A stretch of 63,683 bases of DNA, counting the filler. It is 5 parts of 5 records of this genome, joined end to end, with 100 filler letters (N's around TTAATTAATTAA, not from the genome) between each part and the next. Parts side by side here need not be neighbours in the genome. Positions count along the whole stretch, not along the records: positions 14,017 to 37,809 come from SRR20825019_1796; 4 more parts are not named here. One strand, written 5' to 3'. Shown piece after piece: positions 20,586-33,791 of this stretch; position 1 is the stretch's first letter, and each line of letters opens with the position of its first letter. A program made the translations under genes and the position numbers. A model generated the notes under the pieces. The model worked only from the letters and a program-made list of their open reading frames with translations. It was not told the origin of the DNA and did no database searches.

Positions 20586-21872
20586 ATGGACCCGGTATTC
20601 TCTTCATACTGTAAGCCAAGACGAGGTAAACTCTTGGATGTTGTAAGATTGTTTATGGTTTGGTTTTGTCCATTGAATTAATGCATCCACTCATCAGGAA
20701 TGCACTCCTGGACCCAGGGGTCCTCTGTACCTTCGGTTCAGCCGTAGGAATATTAGTGTATGGCACGCAAAGAGGGTCCGAGCTTCATCATAAGTTAGAT
20801 GGGACTCACGATGGAAACTCAGGAATCATCACCGTAGACTGGTATGTCATCGTACAGTTGTTGAAGTATCATTACTTTGGTCTAACCTTGTTTTCTAAGG
20901 AAAATGATAGTTGCCTTTACAATTAGTGGCTCAGCAACTCTGCTATTGTTCTTCTATTTTCTACAAGGGATGCAGGCGGTCATGTTGTTTTTGGTAACGT
21001 TTGTGGGCATATATAGCGTCGGTTACACATTAAAGCCGGCCCTCAAGCCGACGGGACTCCATTATCCGTGAGTGTTATGAATTTCGATATGTTGTTCCGA
21101 ACTACTTTCTAAACGGTGTCGCCACAGAATTCCTTTTGTTGGTAACGTGGAACGAACAGATGTTCATTTGGTTTTGATGGGCATTTTGTCGGTTGTGGTT
21201 TGGAGGCTCTCAGGGGAGCATTGGGTCATGAATGATTGTAAGAACTGTTGTGTTCTTCAGATGGAGTGTTAACATAGTGCCCTTAGGGCTTGCTGGGTGC
21301 ATTTCAGTAACTGCCCTCTCGTTTTACCGGGTGAATAGCTTCAAATTGGCGTTTGCTTTTTCCGCTGCACTGCTCATGTTTGTATCCTTAATGATGCATA
21401 TTCTTCAGAGTGTTTTAACATGGGGTTATTGTGTTGTAGCTATGACTGTTTCTGGGTGTTTGGATCGAAACCGATATTCGGCCGCAGCGTGATGGCTCAT
21501 GTGGCGAAGACCATTCGTTTACCCGCTCTAATCATGTTTCCGCGACTCTCTGGCGGGTTTGCTCTGTTGGGACTAGGAGATATTGTGCTTCCTGGAATCG
21601 GCCTAGAGTGTTTCCTCCGGTTTGACCAAACGCAAGCCGCGCGAACAGAGCATCCTGAATCCTTTGGATATTTTAAGATCGGCATGATCGGATATGTCTT
21701 AGGATTGCTGTGCGCCAACGTTGCTGTTGCCACTTATCAAATAGGCCAACCAGCTCTGTTGTATATCGTTCCCTTAGTCAATATCCCAGTGCTGTACTTC
21801 TCTTGGAGTCGTGGGGATTTCTGGGCGCTCTGGCATGGTCAAAACACTTCCACATGCGAGGAAGTGATGTAA
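20586..21872 (+). CDS. signal peptide peptidase-like intramembrane aspartyl protease (A22B, SPP/SPPL), multi-exon; start approximate
   Basis: YDCFWVF, LLGLGDIVLPG and GQPALLYIVP motifs. Confidence 0.85.
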
Positions 21873-22483
21873 GGCTGTATCCATCCACAGGATATCTGCA
21901 GTTGCCACTCGCTTGTAAGTAACTACTGCTCTTCGAACTTATATATGTGCCTGCCTGGCCCAGCAAGAGGTCATTCAAAAGAGCACGCATCACAGCATGT
22001 CTTAACCGGTACTCGGGTGGTGGTGCTGCCGCCGGGTTGACGCCCGACGGTTTGGCGCTGACAGATTCACCCTGCTGCCAGTGCGCCTGTTGTCCCCGCC
22101 TGCTCAAATGATCGTTCTGATTGATACTGCATTGATTATTTGATAAAAATAATATCGAATAGTTTTTTTGAACCGAATTGGAATTCTACTGGTGATGCCT
22201 CCCTCATCACTGCCGGTGCCACGGGCAGTTAGTAGTGCCCGGCGACGGCAACCGGAGAGGAGAGGGCCGCGGTACAGCGCGGCGTGTCACCTGGCCGGGC
22301 CGCCGCCGCCTGACGAACGGACGACGGGAACGAACCTGGCCGGCCAACTGAACTGAAACATGAGCGTAGCAAAAGCCCTGCATCCCGGTCCGGGTCTTGT
22401 AGTCGGGTTGGGTCCTTTTCCCTTTCCCCAGCATTTACAAATATCAGTCAGTTCGAAGTTAAAATGAGCGTGTTGGGACCGCG

Positions 22484-23553
22484 ATGAGTTGGTTTACCCT
22501 CAATAAGATCTTCCGGCAAACTGCTGGAAGATATGGTCAACAAAGGCTCTTTTCAACCTTTCGGTCTGGTGGAAAGACTTCTTCAAGGCAACAGGTTGCC
22601 GTTGGAGGAGCCATTTTGGCTGCAATTGGCTTTGGCGTCGCGAGTCCTTTGACTCTGTCCTATGCTCGTAGCAAGTTCAGGGCGGATGGGCCTGCTGTGA
22701 GTGCTGACGACTTTGTTGCTCCCACAATGGATAGTGGACACTCAGCAGACTGGAGGAAGAAGGCAGCGGAGTGGAACTGGAACTGGGACATGAGGGAAAA
22801 GGTGGAGGAAGACAAGGAAGACTCCGCCGAGGACAAGGACGAAGAGACTAAGAAGAAAAAGAAGAAGTACAGAGGCTCTCGGTATATTATCATGGTCAGA
22901 CATGGGCACTACATGAATCACGGCGCCGATAATGACATGGAACAAGGTCTTTCTCCGAAGTAAGTTGTTTCAGAGGCAATACATATTTGTTTACGTTGTC
23001 AACAGGGGCAACCGGCAGATTACTTTGGCAGCCGAGCATCTTCAGCGCTACCACGAGAAAGTAGGCAAGATTACTAGCATTACTCATTCCGATATGCAAC
23101 GTGTAAAGGACTCGGCCAAAATTATTTCCGAGCATCTTCCCGATGTCACCACTGTCATTAACGATCCGAACCTTAATGAAGGGATGCCCATTCTTCCGGT
23201 CCCGAGAATGGAGAGGGAACGTTTCCTGGACTGTCATATCGACGGTCCCCGCATCGAGCACGCCTTCCGCAAGGTAACAATACTCCAACGAGGACATGTA
23301 CACACTGACAAGTCTGCAGCACTTCTATCGGCCAAGGCAGGAGAAAGACTCTTTTGAGGTCATTGTCAGCCACGGCAATGTTATCAGGTATTTTGTGTGC
23401 AGGGCTCTTCAAGTCCCCCCCGAGCGCTGGCTCAACATGTCTCCGATGAATGCTTCGATCACGACGATTGTTATTCGCCCGAATGGTCGTTGTTCTTTAC
23501 GCGCATTTGGAGAAGTCGGGCATATCCCACCAGAGGAGGTGACGTGGAATTAA
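22484..23553 (+). CDS. PGAM5: mitochondrial Ser/Thr phosphatase PGAM5-like, multi-exon
   Basis: Mitochondrial-type N-terminus, WNWNWD motif, IMVRHGHY, and EVIVSHGNVIRYFVCRALQVPPERWL..NASIT.I.IRPNGR.SLR.FGEVGHIP. Confidence 0.9.
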
Positions 23554-23599
23554 GCAAAACATGTTCATTTTGAACATTTCAATATCAAAACCATTCCAT

Positions 23600-26279
23600 T
23601 CAGACAAATCCCCATACTTCCACGTGGACAACATCAAAATTGTCTGGAGGTTCAATCCTGTGTTCTGGGTCAATCACTGCACCGTTTTGTTCAGTAATGA
23701 GCTCTGTGTGACTGTGAATGTAGTCAACCATGTGCTCAGTCGACTCTATGGCATCCTTGCTTAGAGTACCACCATGATGAAGTGGTTCGTTTTCAAATGT
23801 GTGGCAGCGGCCACTGGTACCAGAATGCAAGTCATGGTCCAACCACAACCCAGTATGCCTGCAAACCGTGCGTAAGAATCCGGAACACAGGAACGCCATG
23901 GGCACACTCACCGTCCTCCACCACCCATCGCTATGAAATCACGCTGACAGAGCTGGAAAAGTTTTGACCTGCCGGACTCCCATCTCCACATCTGCGGATG
24001 AGGTCGCAATGTGAAGAGGAAGCATTCCGGGCTTCCATAGAAGTGTGGATTTTTCTGACAAACAAATGAGTCGATACGTGGGACGTACTGCTGATACAAA
24101 CACACTCACATGGGGCTCCCAAGCATGAGTAGCGAACATGCCAAAAATCTGCTCATCCCCTGCCTCCACAATCATCAATGTCGGATATACGGTACTACCC
24201 TTAGCTGCATCTCCAATACAGTTGAAAAACGTTTGCAAAGACCATCCATCACGCTCTGCTCGGTAAATCAACTCACAATCGCGAATTTGCAGCTGTTGGG
24301 GCAGCCACTTGTAAATGCAGTCTTTCATGTAACTGTTCAGAACAGATGAACCCCCGTGGAAGTGTTGGGTATTCACATTCTCAAAGCTTCCACGAGAGCC
24401 TTGGAACGAGAGACGCTCAGTTCCGGTGCCTGCCACAAATCCAGCCTTCTCTGGCGGGGGTCCGAAGAAATCATTCCATTTCCTGATGCGTAAAGCACGC
24501 TCTTTAGGGGTTTCCTTATGACTAATTCCATGTTCTCGGTCAATCACATATCTCAGACTTATCGTGTTGTCCGCATCATACTTGGATATCTTCTTACGAC
24601 TAAGATGCTTAATCGCAAACCCTTGCTGAAGGATCTTTCCAGTAGTGCACGCTTGTGCAACTCTACGGAGGCAGTCTTCTACATCTTGTTCTGATTTACA
24701 TGCATCCAAGTTTGTGTGGGCAGCCAATCTGTACAACGCCATTGTAACGCGATAAAGGACCTTAATTCCTTCATTCAGATAAGCATCAAGGATTCTAAGA
24801 CATGTTTGATACGGAAAATAAGATACAAAGAATCTATCCATGATACGGAGTGCCACCCTCGCAAGGCTCGCAGGATCCAGAGGGCTTTCCTTTCGAATGT
24901 CGAAGACCACCTTCAGCTTTTCTTCCGCCAATGACGTAAATGTCGCTCCAAGAAGGTAGTGCCTTCCCAAGGTAGTTGGAATCCACCAGTGCCGATCGCA
25001 GGACGACCGTGTAATCAAATTCTGCAGGATTCCATCAAGCTCCTCTTCAGGACAAAACACCGAAAGCATCATGGCAAGGTCAGACAAAAAGGGACAGAAA
25101 TTCAAGTTTGCGTTGTTGTCAGCTAAAACACACAGTGCTCTATTCACACACAGTATGCCTTGCTCATTAAGAGGATGGTCCTCATAGTGAAGTCGCTCCT
25201 GCCCGAACGTGGGCGCCCTGCGCTTCAGAGTCTCAGCATCCAGTGACTTGAAAATCTCGACACGATGCTCATAGTATCCTGGGTGCTCCGACAAGAATTT
25301 GTCACCCCCACTTACAGCAAGCCACACATCCCGCCTGTACGCGTCTGGAATCCCAAGCCTGATCAGATGCTTCAGTTTTTTTGAATGAGCATTACGGTAA
25401 TGGGGTGCATGCGCCTTAGCAAATTGTGTCCAAGCTGCCGCATGCGCTTCTATTGCTTCCGGTGGGGTTGCATCTATCTTCGTTTCCTCATAGCAGTGAC
25501 TCGAGGTTACCTTCTCGTTCGTGTGCATGCTATCAACAGATTTCCTCCGCCTAGCGTTAGAACGTGCTCTCGTGCGATCGGCCACTGCTATTGCTTCTCT
25601 GTCTGGAGCACCTTGGCCACGAAGGGGGAACTTGTTTACAAAGCCATCACTACCAGCGGGCTTATCAAATGACTCTTTCCTTTTCCCTTTCTTGTTATCC
25701 TCCACTGACGACTTCTGAATAAGAGGTGCCTTTTTCTTGTGATCCTTGTCTTTTTCATCAGCACTGTTTGCTCGAGACTTGACTCCATCTCTTTCATGGG
25801 TTCCCAACTCTTTAAGCCCCGCATTCTTCTCAAAGCTCCGCTTCCTATCTGAACTAGTCCTCCTTTCTTTCTGTTTGTGATGGTCTTTCTCAAAACTGTT
25901 TCTCTTCTCGACCATGGCCTTTTTCTCATTCTGATCCTTTTGTGTAGGACTATCAGTTTTTAAGCCCCCCCGAACAGCGGGACTGGCCACCTCAACAATT
26001 CCACCACTGGGAGTTTTATCGAAAGACGACTCCCTCGACCGTGAGTTACCTTTCTTCAGGGATGTTGGCAATGGTCCCTCTCCAGATGTAACCTTGCTTG
26101 GAGTGGCCAAGTCCGAGTTCTGTTTCTTGTGGAAAAAGGGCTTATTCCAAGAGTGTTGCTTCTCCTTTGGGCGACCAGGTGTGGACGTAATAGAGTCGTC
26201 CCCCGCCATACTGCACAGCTCCCCCCTAACCAGAAGGGAAACCAACTCAACCGTTCAGTTACGTGCCACAGCTCGACAT
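23600..26279 (-). CDS. TBC (Rab-GAP) + TLDc domain protein (TBC1D24/skywalker-like), multi-exon
   Basis: TBC: LKHLIRLGIPDAYRRDVW and RILDAYLNEGIKVLYRV. TLDc: LIYRAERDGWSLQTF, IFGMF, GLWLDHDL..G.S..C.TFEN..L and VEVWGF. Start is either 26279 (short exon MSSCGT) or 26209. Confidence 0.85.
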
Positions 26280-27299
26280 GTTCTACATATTAAGTATAAG
26301 GTGACATGGACTTAAACCACTGTTCTGGCCGCCGGCCCACCGGGGCGGGCGACCGGCACTACTTGTGGGTCAGACTGGCAGTCCAACAAGGCGGCGGCCG
26401 GGCGCCGGCGGCGTCACCGCCGGCCGCGGCTCACCGTGCTCCCTGCCGTCTCCGAGGTGCGACAGTGGCTGCCCAGTGGGATCGGCCGCGTACTATGCTG
26501 GTGATGGATCGCAGTGCCAGAGGGCTCACGAACCTTCTTCCGGGCGGCGAGTGGTGGTGATGGTGTGGCCCAAAGGAACAAGAGTTACAAAGAGGTAGTT
26601 GGCACAAAACAATTATGTGCACTTCTGTACTAAATTTACCGGTTCACCTTATCTTAGTCCGCCCCTCCTCGAATTTCTTGAAATTCTCCGGTAAACACAA
26701 TCTTGAAATACAACAGTATGGGCGGGACCGGTCCTGTGCACCGGTTGGATTGGCCAGAACTATTTCAAGCCGGCTCTCCACACATCCAACAAACGGTGTT
26801 AGGACCCACTCTCACTAGGACCCACAACACTTGAAATCTCCCAATTGGCCCCGCAAACCCATTAGTCATCACCCCTACTTTTCTGAAGTGTACAAAACAT
26901 CCATAATTTAATCTTACGAGCGTATAGAAGCATTAATGGTTGTGCTGATTATGTCACGGCTTGGAATGATGGATCGTTAAATTCAAAGGCCTGCGTGCGG
27001 AAGGGTGACAGTGACCAAGAATCGAGCCCGTTGTTAGATGGTTGGGTACGCTATCTTGCAATGCCCACCCGTCACTGACGTCTGCTCGCTGATTCTATCA
27101 GCGGCCTATGCTAGTCGCAATGCTTATGGGCGAACGGTCGCCGAGCAACTTTTGCTCGGACTGGAGTGGATACATATAGACCCTAGGCACAGGAGCTGTC
27201 TTCTTAAAGCCGAATACAGCAGAGTTTATTCAGCACTAAGAGCTCAGTGTATGGTGTAGGAGTGTGCTTGGCATATTGTAGCTAGTACAAGTTTGCACA

Positions 27300-28434
27300 A
27301 TGACTTCCCCAAATCGTTCCGAAAACTCTGGGCCTCTTCACGGCGCAGAAACACCACCTACTCGTGCAAGTACTCTGACTGTTGTAACATCAAAGAAGAA
27401 GTGCAACTGTAAAAACAGCAGATGTCTTAAGCTGTGGGTGCCATTTGTTGCTGGTGTAAGACCTGTTTCCTTACTCTAACTGCAGATATTGCGACTGCTT
27501 TGCGGCTGGTTCATATTGTGATGACTGTAACTGCGTAGGTTGTTGCAATAACGAAGAAAATGAAAGCCTTCACAAGGCAGCGGTCGCGTCTATTTTGGAA
27601 AGGAACCCAACAGCGTTCACACCGAAGATCGCCCCCAGCCCTGGACCGGTAGGCGAAGTGTTGCTCTTTTTGGTTTCAGTTTATTGACATTCCGTTTAGT
27701 TGTCCGCCAAGCACAATCGTGGGTGCAAATGCAAGAAGTCTGGATGCTTGAAAAAGTACTGCGAGTGCTTTCAAGCTGGCATACTATGTTCCGATCTCTG
27801 TGTGTGCTGTGACTGCAAGAACTTTGAGGGCTCGCATCACTTGTTGCAGTTCCCAGAAAAGACGTCTACTGCTGTTGTTGCACCCCGGAAAAATATTTCT
27901 GCTTCACTTCCATCTCCTGTGAAGTCTCCAGCGGCAAACAAGAAGAATCAGCCGGTCATACCTAGTCCGCCGAATCAACGCAAAATCAAGAACTTGTGGG
28001 CTAAGTCAGCTGTTACGATTCAGTCTGATAAGTTGAGGTTCCCAGATATTCCGGATGGCGAGGAGATGATTGGGAACGCAAAGGGTGGATCTTTGAAAGA
28101 TGTAGGAAGTAAGAAGGGGACAAAGAGGAAGAGGAGTGGGCCTAACGTCATACAAGAAAAAGTTATGAGGAACGTGTGCGACCTTTTACTCGCTGCTGCC
28201 CAGGACCTAGACGAGAGTACAGTTAGCGCGGGTAGTGGCGGAGGTTCAGGCGACAAGGTGTCAGAAGATGGAACCCAGTCTGATCGGGCTCTGCCTTCTC
28301 CAAAAAGGGAAGACAGTGTGTCTGTCAAACGGGAAGATAGTATTGTCCAAGGCTTCAGCTCATGTGTGGATACGCTACTTGCACAGTCAAAAGAGAGTCC
28401 AAAGGAGACTATTCCTGCCCAAGTTTCAGTTTGA
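27300..28434 (+). CDS. CRC/CXC (tesmin/TSO1/LIN-54-like) DNA-binding protein, multi-exon
   Basis: [21 protein letters not shown]..., [11 protein letters not shown], and [24 protein letters not shown]. Confidence 0.9.
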
Positions 28435-28610
28435 CGAGGGAGCCTCTTAAGTTGTATATTTCCCGTTGAGCAAGGCGAAGGTCTCTTGCTCCACTGATTC
28501 GTATCAGGCGACTCAATTTCTCTTTCTATCTCACTTCTTTCAAGTGTTAGCTGCAAAATTATTGATAGTAAAGACCAACGTACACTAAAGAAGCTCCTTT
28601 TTTCTGCAAA

Positions 28611-29784
28611 TTATAGAGACCTATCAAATTTGAATAGATAGTCCGTGGGAGTGTACTCAATGCCACCATATCCTCTTACAAAATCTTGAAGCATTTCAGC
28701 CTGCTTCTGGTTTAGATATAGTATACGTCAGAGTTTCAACTGCGCACCTTCGTTGATCTAACATTTGCCAGCACAGTGGGAATAGGATTGGTTAATTTGG
28801 GCTTGGGCTCTTCCTCAGGAAGTGGTATCTTTCGATTAAGTGAGCAACATATATATTTCTGGGCATCTTCAATACTCACCGCTTTCTTAGCCTTGTTTCT
28901 GATCCCGATGAGCTGATTGATATAGGCTCTTGGATGATGAATAGCCAACGGCTCGCTGATGACTCTCTGCAATGCCTGCACCTTTTAGTCCCATGAGCAG
29001 CGATACTGTGATCGTAACATACCTCTTGCATATCGTCCGCTTCAATCATTGACATTCGAATCTTGCTCTGTACGCTATTTAGTAATGCATAGCCATAAAA
29101 GGATTCCAAATGTACCTTAATTTCTGGTTTCTTCTTTTCTCGTTTCACAAGGAAAGTTGTTGGTTGAGGCTCAAATACACCCCCTGGAGTTCGAATAATA
29201 CGCGGCCCCGAAGCTGGTTCTCGCTTTATCCGTAGTATGGCCTTGTCAGTCGGAATCAACACTTTGGGTAGAGGCCCTGCATCGAAGTACTCCTTGTTGT
29301 TTGAGATGTCTTCAACCTTTGTTTCCATGTGGCGTGTTCTCCACGGCTTTTCGTTTCCAAATACAACCTTCTTCCTTGAAGCTTTGGGATTTCCGGCGTG
29401 CTTCTTAGAAAGCATAATACTCTTTTTTATCGGTTCCTTAGGGGTTCTCAGTTTAGGTTTCGCGGATTCACCAGCAATAAGAGAGTGTGATGAGCTTGAA
29501 GTTTCCTTAAGTTCCACCTCTTCGATTGAGGACACACCTGTCTGTAGTGAGACCACCTGGAACGTCGCTTCTGTGGTAGTACTGCAGGAAAGTATCTTGA
29601 CCGGCGATGCTGGAGGAGTCTCAACATTTGTTTCGCAAGACATGACTATTGGTGGAGCAGGAGGACTACAAGGCGGCCCGATCGTAACGGCAGGGCTTAA
29701 TTCTTTGGTTTCTGACCTAGTCTTGTATGCCGGGGTTGACGCTACACCTATTTCGTTGTGGTCTATCCACATGACCTGAACCAT
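28611..29784 (-). CDS. hypothetical protein, 3 exons
   Basis: A long first exon plus two GT-AG introns restore a continuous frame ending YLFKFDRSL*. Confidence 0.6.
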
Positions 29785-30109
29785 TTCGAGTCTACTATAG
29801 AGAAATTTTCACCCAATTAAAGCGTATGCGTTTTACCAGTTTTCAATGGACTACGAACCAATCTTTAGAACACAGCTGAATGAAATAGAGTTCCATTGGA
29901 TAGCTCGTCGACGGCCTGGCGCCTTCGGTAGAGACATGCGTAACCCACTCACCTGCTGCTTGAGGGGAGGTGTCCGGCAGCCGGAGGCCAAGCATGGAGC
30001 GTATTGCAAAGCCAGGCCCTGGCTGTCGCCAGCGCACCTACCGTAGTCACTACCCGTCGGCTGCCTAACACAGGATTTGCGCCTTTGGAATGACGCAGTC
30101 TGGGTAGTG

Positions 30110-30850
30110 GATCGGATGCCCGGCCAGCCGCGAGATGGCCGACTCGTCCCGCGGCGTCGGTCGGGCGCGGCTCGCCGCCGGGCTCGGCGGCCGGGTGACT
30201 AGCGGGGTCGCCGCCCGATGCCGGTCGCAGGATCAGCTGCACTGGGTCCCGGTGCCCGGCCCCCGGCTCTCCCGGGCCCCGTCCGGTCCGGCTCTCGACG
30301 TCGGTCAGGGACAGGATCGTCCGCGGTGGCGAACGGCACTGTGACTGGGGCGGCGGTGGGGCTGCGGGCGTCCGGCCGGCGTGAAGCGGACGTTGAGTAA
30401 CGGCCGCCCTATTACTTAAAAAAATATCTATATACATCTGTCGGAGTATAGTATTCCTCTATTTAATGAAGAGTAATCTATATTTATCAAAGAGTTCAAC
30501 TTCCGGCCCCGACGGTCCCGCCGGCGCGCCGTGCCTCGCCGGCGCGGCCCCGCCGGCCCGCCCTGGACTCGGCTCGCCCTCCGGCCCGCGTGTGACGGCG
30601 GCCGGCTTGCCCAGCATGGCCCCGGGCCGCCGCGGGCCCGCGGAGCGCTTCGCCGAAGCGCCGGGCCGCCCCCGGCGGCCCACCGTTGCCGCACTGTTGC
30701 CCCGCCACCGCGGCGGCCGGCCTTGCCCGGTGGGGCCGCCTCGCGTCTAAAGGGCCTGTGATAGCGACTGGCTGGGCTCGGACCCAACCGGGGGACTTGG
30801 AGTGCCCGGCCGACTGGTCCCGTCCGCCGCTCGTTCATCGTCCGAACGCA
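30110..30850. promoter_or_regulatory. divergent promoter region: GC block / AT-rich core (30410-30500) / GC block
   Basis: Sharp composition boundaries, located between divergent genes. Confidence 0.55.
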
Positions 30851-30924
30851 GCTAGAGTGTCCAACTGTTTCAGCCAGTTGTAAAGCCGGAAGGTACGTAT
30901 ATATTTTACATAGTGTGAAACAAG

Positions 30925-33070
30925 ATGCTCCAACCGAGACCACAAAGCAAAAGAGTGCAACATATGCCTTGCTTCCCCAACACCATAGTATACTATTTTG
31001 TTATTGTTATTATTTTCAATGGGTGCAGTGGTTATGTTGACGAGCCGGATAGCAGTTCGACTATCAATCCACACTGGCCGCACAGTACTGGGCAGAATGG
31101 AGTTACTGCGGTAAGGCTACAGGGCTTAAGTGTTCCCGTTTTCGCTTATTGACGGAAGTTATCTAGGTTTATGGTGGTGACATAATTGGAAGGAAGTACG
31201 TCCTTACAGAGCAAGTTCGAGGTGGGATTGTTGTTTTCAGGGTTTGGCCTTAGGCATTTGCTAACTCTTCACAGTGTTGGGAAATGAAGGCGATAGACGT
31301 GGCGGAATAGTTGTCGAATGGAACAATGCGTATATGAGAACGGACCAAGCGCGGGATGTTTCATCTGGAGCACTTGGCCACTCCATTGTACTAGCTGGTC
31401 ACGGTATGCGAGAATACCATGAGGATCTCCTGGCAAGTTACGATGGTAGCAACAAACATGGAACTTTGGGACAACAGTTGGCAGTGTTTACTACCGCATG
31501 GCATGGAATGACCAATGTTTGCCCTCCTCTTACGAGCGAGAGCTCATCTAGTACTTACCAGCCATCAAGATCCTCTGGAGAGTTACCTGAACTCCCAGGT
31601 CCGGAAAGCGACGGGCTAGGTGGAGGCATGGGCGATGTGAAGTACAAGTTAGGAGCGAAGGTTGGTCGTGGAGCTCACGGGGAAGTTTGGAGAGCCACGC
31701 TTCTTGCTTGCCCGATAGGAAGTATAGATATATGTGATGGTGCCAATTCATTCATTCTCAAGCGGATGTTTTTGGAGAAAGGGGATTATGTTCGTTTCAG
31801 CGGCTTGCGAGAGATTCATTTTGGTAACATGTTCAAAGGCTTTGCTCATATTGCAAGGTGCGGCACGATCCCAGTATTGGTTTGACAATGCTAACGATTC
31901 TGTACAGATTTTCGGAATTTTTTGAGTCATATGCTCCAGATACCCAAAATAGAGATACTCCGTGGGATAATGCAAGTCGTTTTGATGGAGAAGAGCGTAC
32001 GGATGGCGATACTCAACCGATGCCTGCGGAGCTGTGGCTTGTTTTCAAGGACGAGGGGAGGTCGCTGTTTTCTTACCTGTACAGAAAGGTGCAGTCGTCA
32101 AAAGGCGGGCCAGTAATCATGGAACCCTCGCAATTTTCGAAATCGTTGCGGCACACCGCAGCGGGGGCTATGGCAATCAAGGAAGTCATTCGACAGGTGC
32201 TTGTGGGATTGTCACTAATTCACAGCAAAGGAGTTACACATCGCGACGTGAGTCCTTATCATTACGTACTCTTATATCATTGACGTGAGCCGGTTGCGTA
32301 GATAAAGCCTGGGAATCTTATAGTCACGTTGGGTTCAACACCAGAGGTCAGTGGTACTGGGTGTACAAATCGAGAGCCGGAAACCAACATGCAGTTGTTG
32401 TGAAGGTTAGGATAGCAGATTTTGGGTCCGCTATCGACCCATTGAACATGGATGGATTGTACCCTGGAGGAAAAGCATCTCGAATGGAGGGCACTAAAGA
32501 CTATGAGCCTCCGGAGGCTCGCTTTGGCGGAGAACCCTTCGACAAAGAAATCCCCACATCTTATGATATATGGTCTTTGGGAGTCACAATGATGGAGATT
32601 CTCGCGGGTACGGCGCCTAGCAGAACTGGTCGTGGTGGTGTTATATGAGTGACATCTTTTTAGGAACCCCCAAAATCTTTCAAGTCGACAAGAAAACAGA
32701 AGCTACTTTGCGCCAAAAGATGCACTGCCAGGACGAGGATACCATAGAGAAGGCATGTTCATTTCAAGCCATGCTTGAAGCATGCATATATCGGCCAAGG
32801 CTTGATGAGACTGACAAACGCCACACATCCGCGCTAGCACTGTCTGAAGAGTGCACTGAGAAGTCGCTCCATATGTTTTTGGAGAAGCTTGGTGTCAGCA
32901 TTGAAACTAATGGCATCCTTTTGCTTGTTCAGATGCTGAAGTGGGATCCGCGTGACCGCATATCAGCAGAAGAGGCACTGCGACACCCGTATTTTAGATC
33001 AACAACCACCGAGGAATGGGCATCAACTGGACGTAATCATAACTTCGCCCTGTATTCACCAGGAATTTAG
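30925..33070 (+). CDS. Ser/Thr protein kinase (plant At3g63330-like family), multi-exon; start approximate
   Basis: GRGAHGEVW, FILKRM..SGLREIHFG, ELWLVFKDEG, THRD|IKPGN, IADFGSAID, YEPPE, YDIWSLGV, RISAEEALRHPYF. Confidence 0.85.
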
Positions 33071-33791
33071 ATTTGGATCGGATGTCAGAAATCCGAATCT
33101 ATATTTGACAACAGTGATGGATGTGATTTCCATGCATCCAACCGCCGCGCCGGCTACGCGTGCCAATTCGAAGCCTGCCGGTGGGACCCCGGACCCGAGC
33201 CGCCTCCGGGACGAGCCAGCCAGCGATGCCGCAAGGGGCGGGGCCACGTCGCCGTGCGGGCCACGCCCGGCCGGCCCGGAGTAGCGGCGGCCCGCGCGGG
33301 CGGGCGCGGGCCGGCCGCAGAGGCGTCCGCGACCTACGGTAGAGGTAGACTCGGGCGCGCTGGGATGCCTCGGTGACGACTGCAGCGAACCGCCGCCCCG
33401 GTCCGCGGGCGCCCGCCGCCCGGGGGCGACCCAGACCCGGCCCGGTCCCGGGGGCTTCAGCGGTGCAGCAGGTGCCTGCTGACGAATCGGGTCGGCGCTG
33501 CATGACAGTGCTGCTGCGAGTGCAGGGAGGCTCGTGGGTTTTGGGGTGGAATCATCAACGTGGCACGCCGGCACGGGCCAAGCGTGCACCCAGCACATGA
33601 CTTAATGGTGACACGCGGGGGAAGGGCTACGGTGGACTCGGAAAACTTGACGGACATTGTAGGAGACCCAATTGCAGCCTCCCCCCAAAACAAAAAGACA
33701 CACGCACACCCAGAAGCTTGTGGCTCTGCTAATACTCTAGCCCTAGAAATAAACAGTCTTGGCAACCATCCCCTACTGTGACGAAAACATT

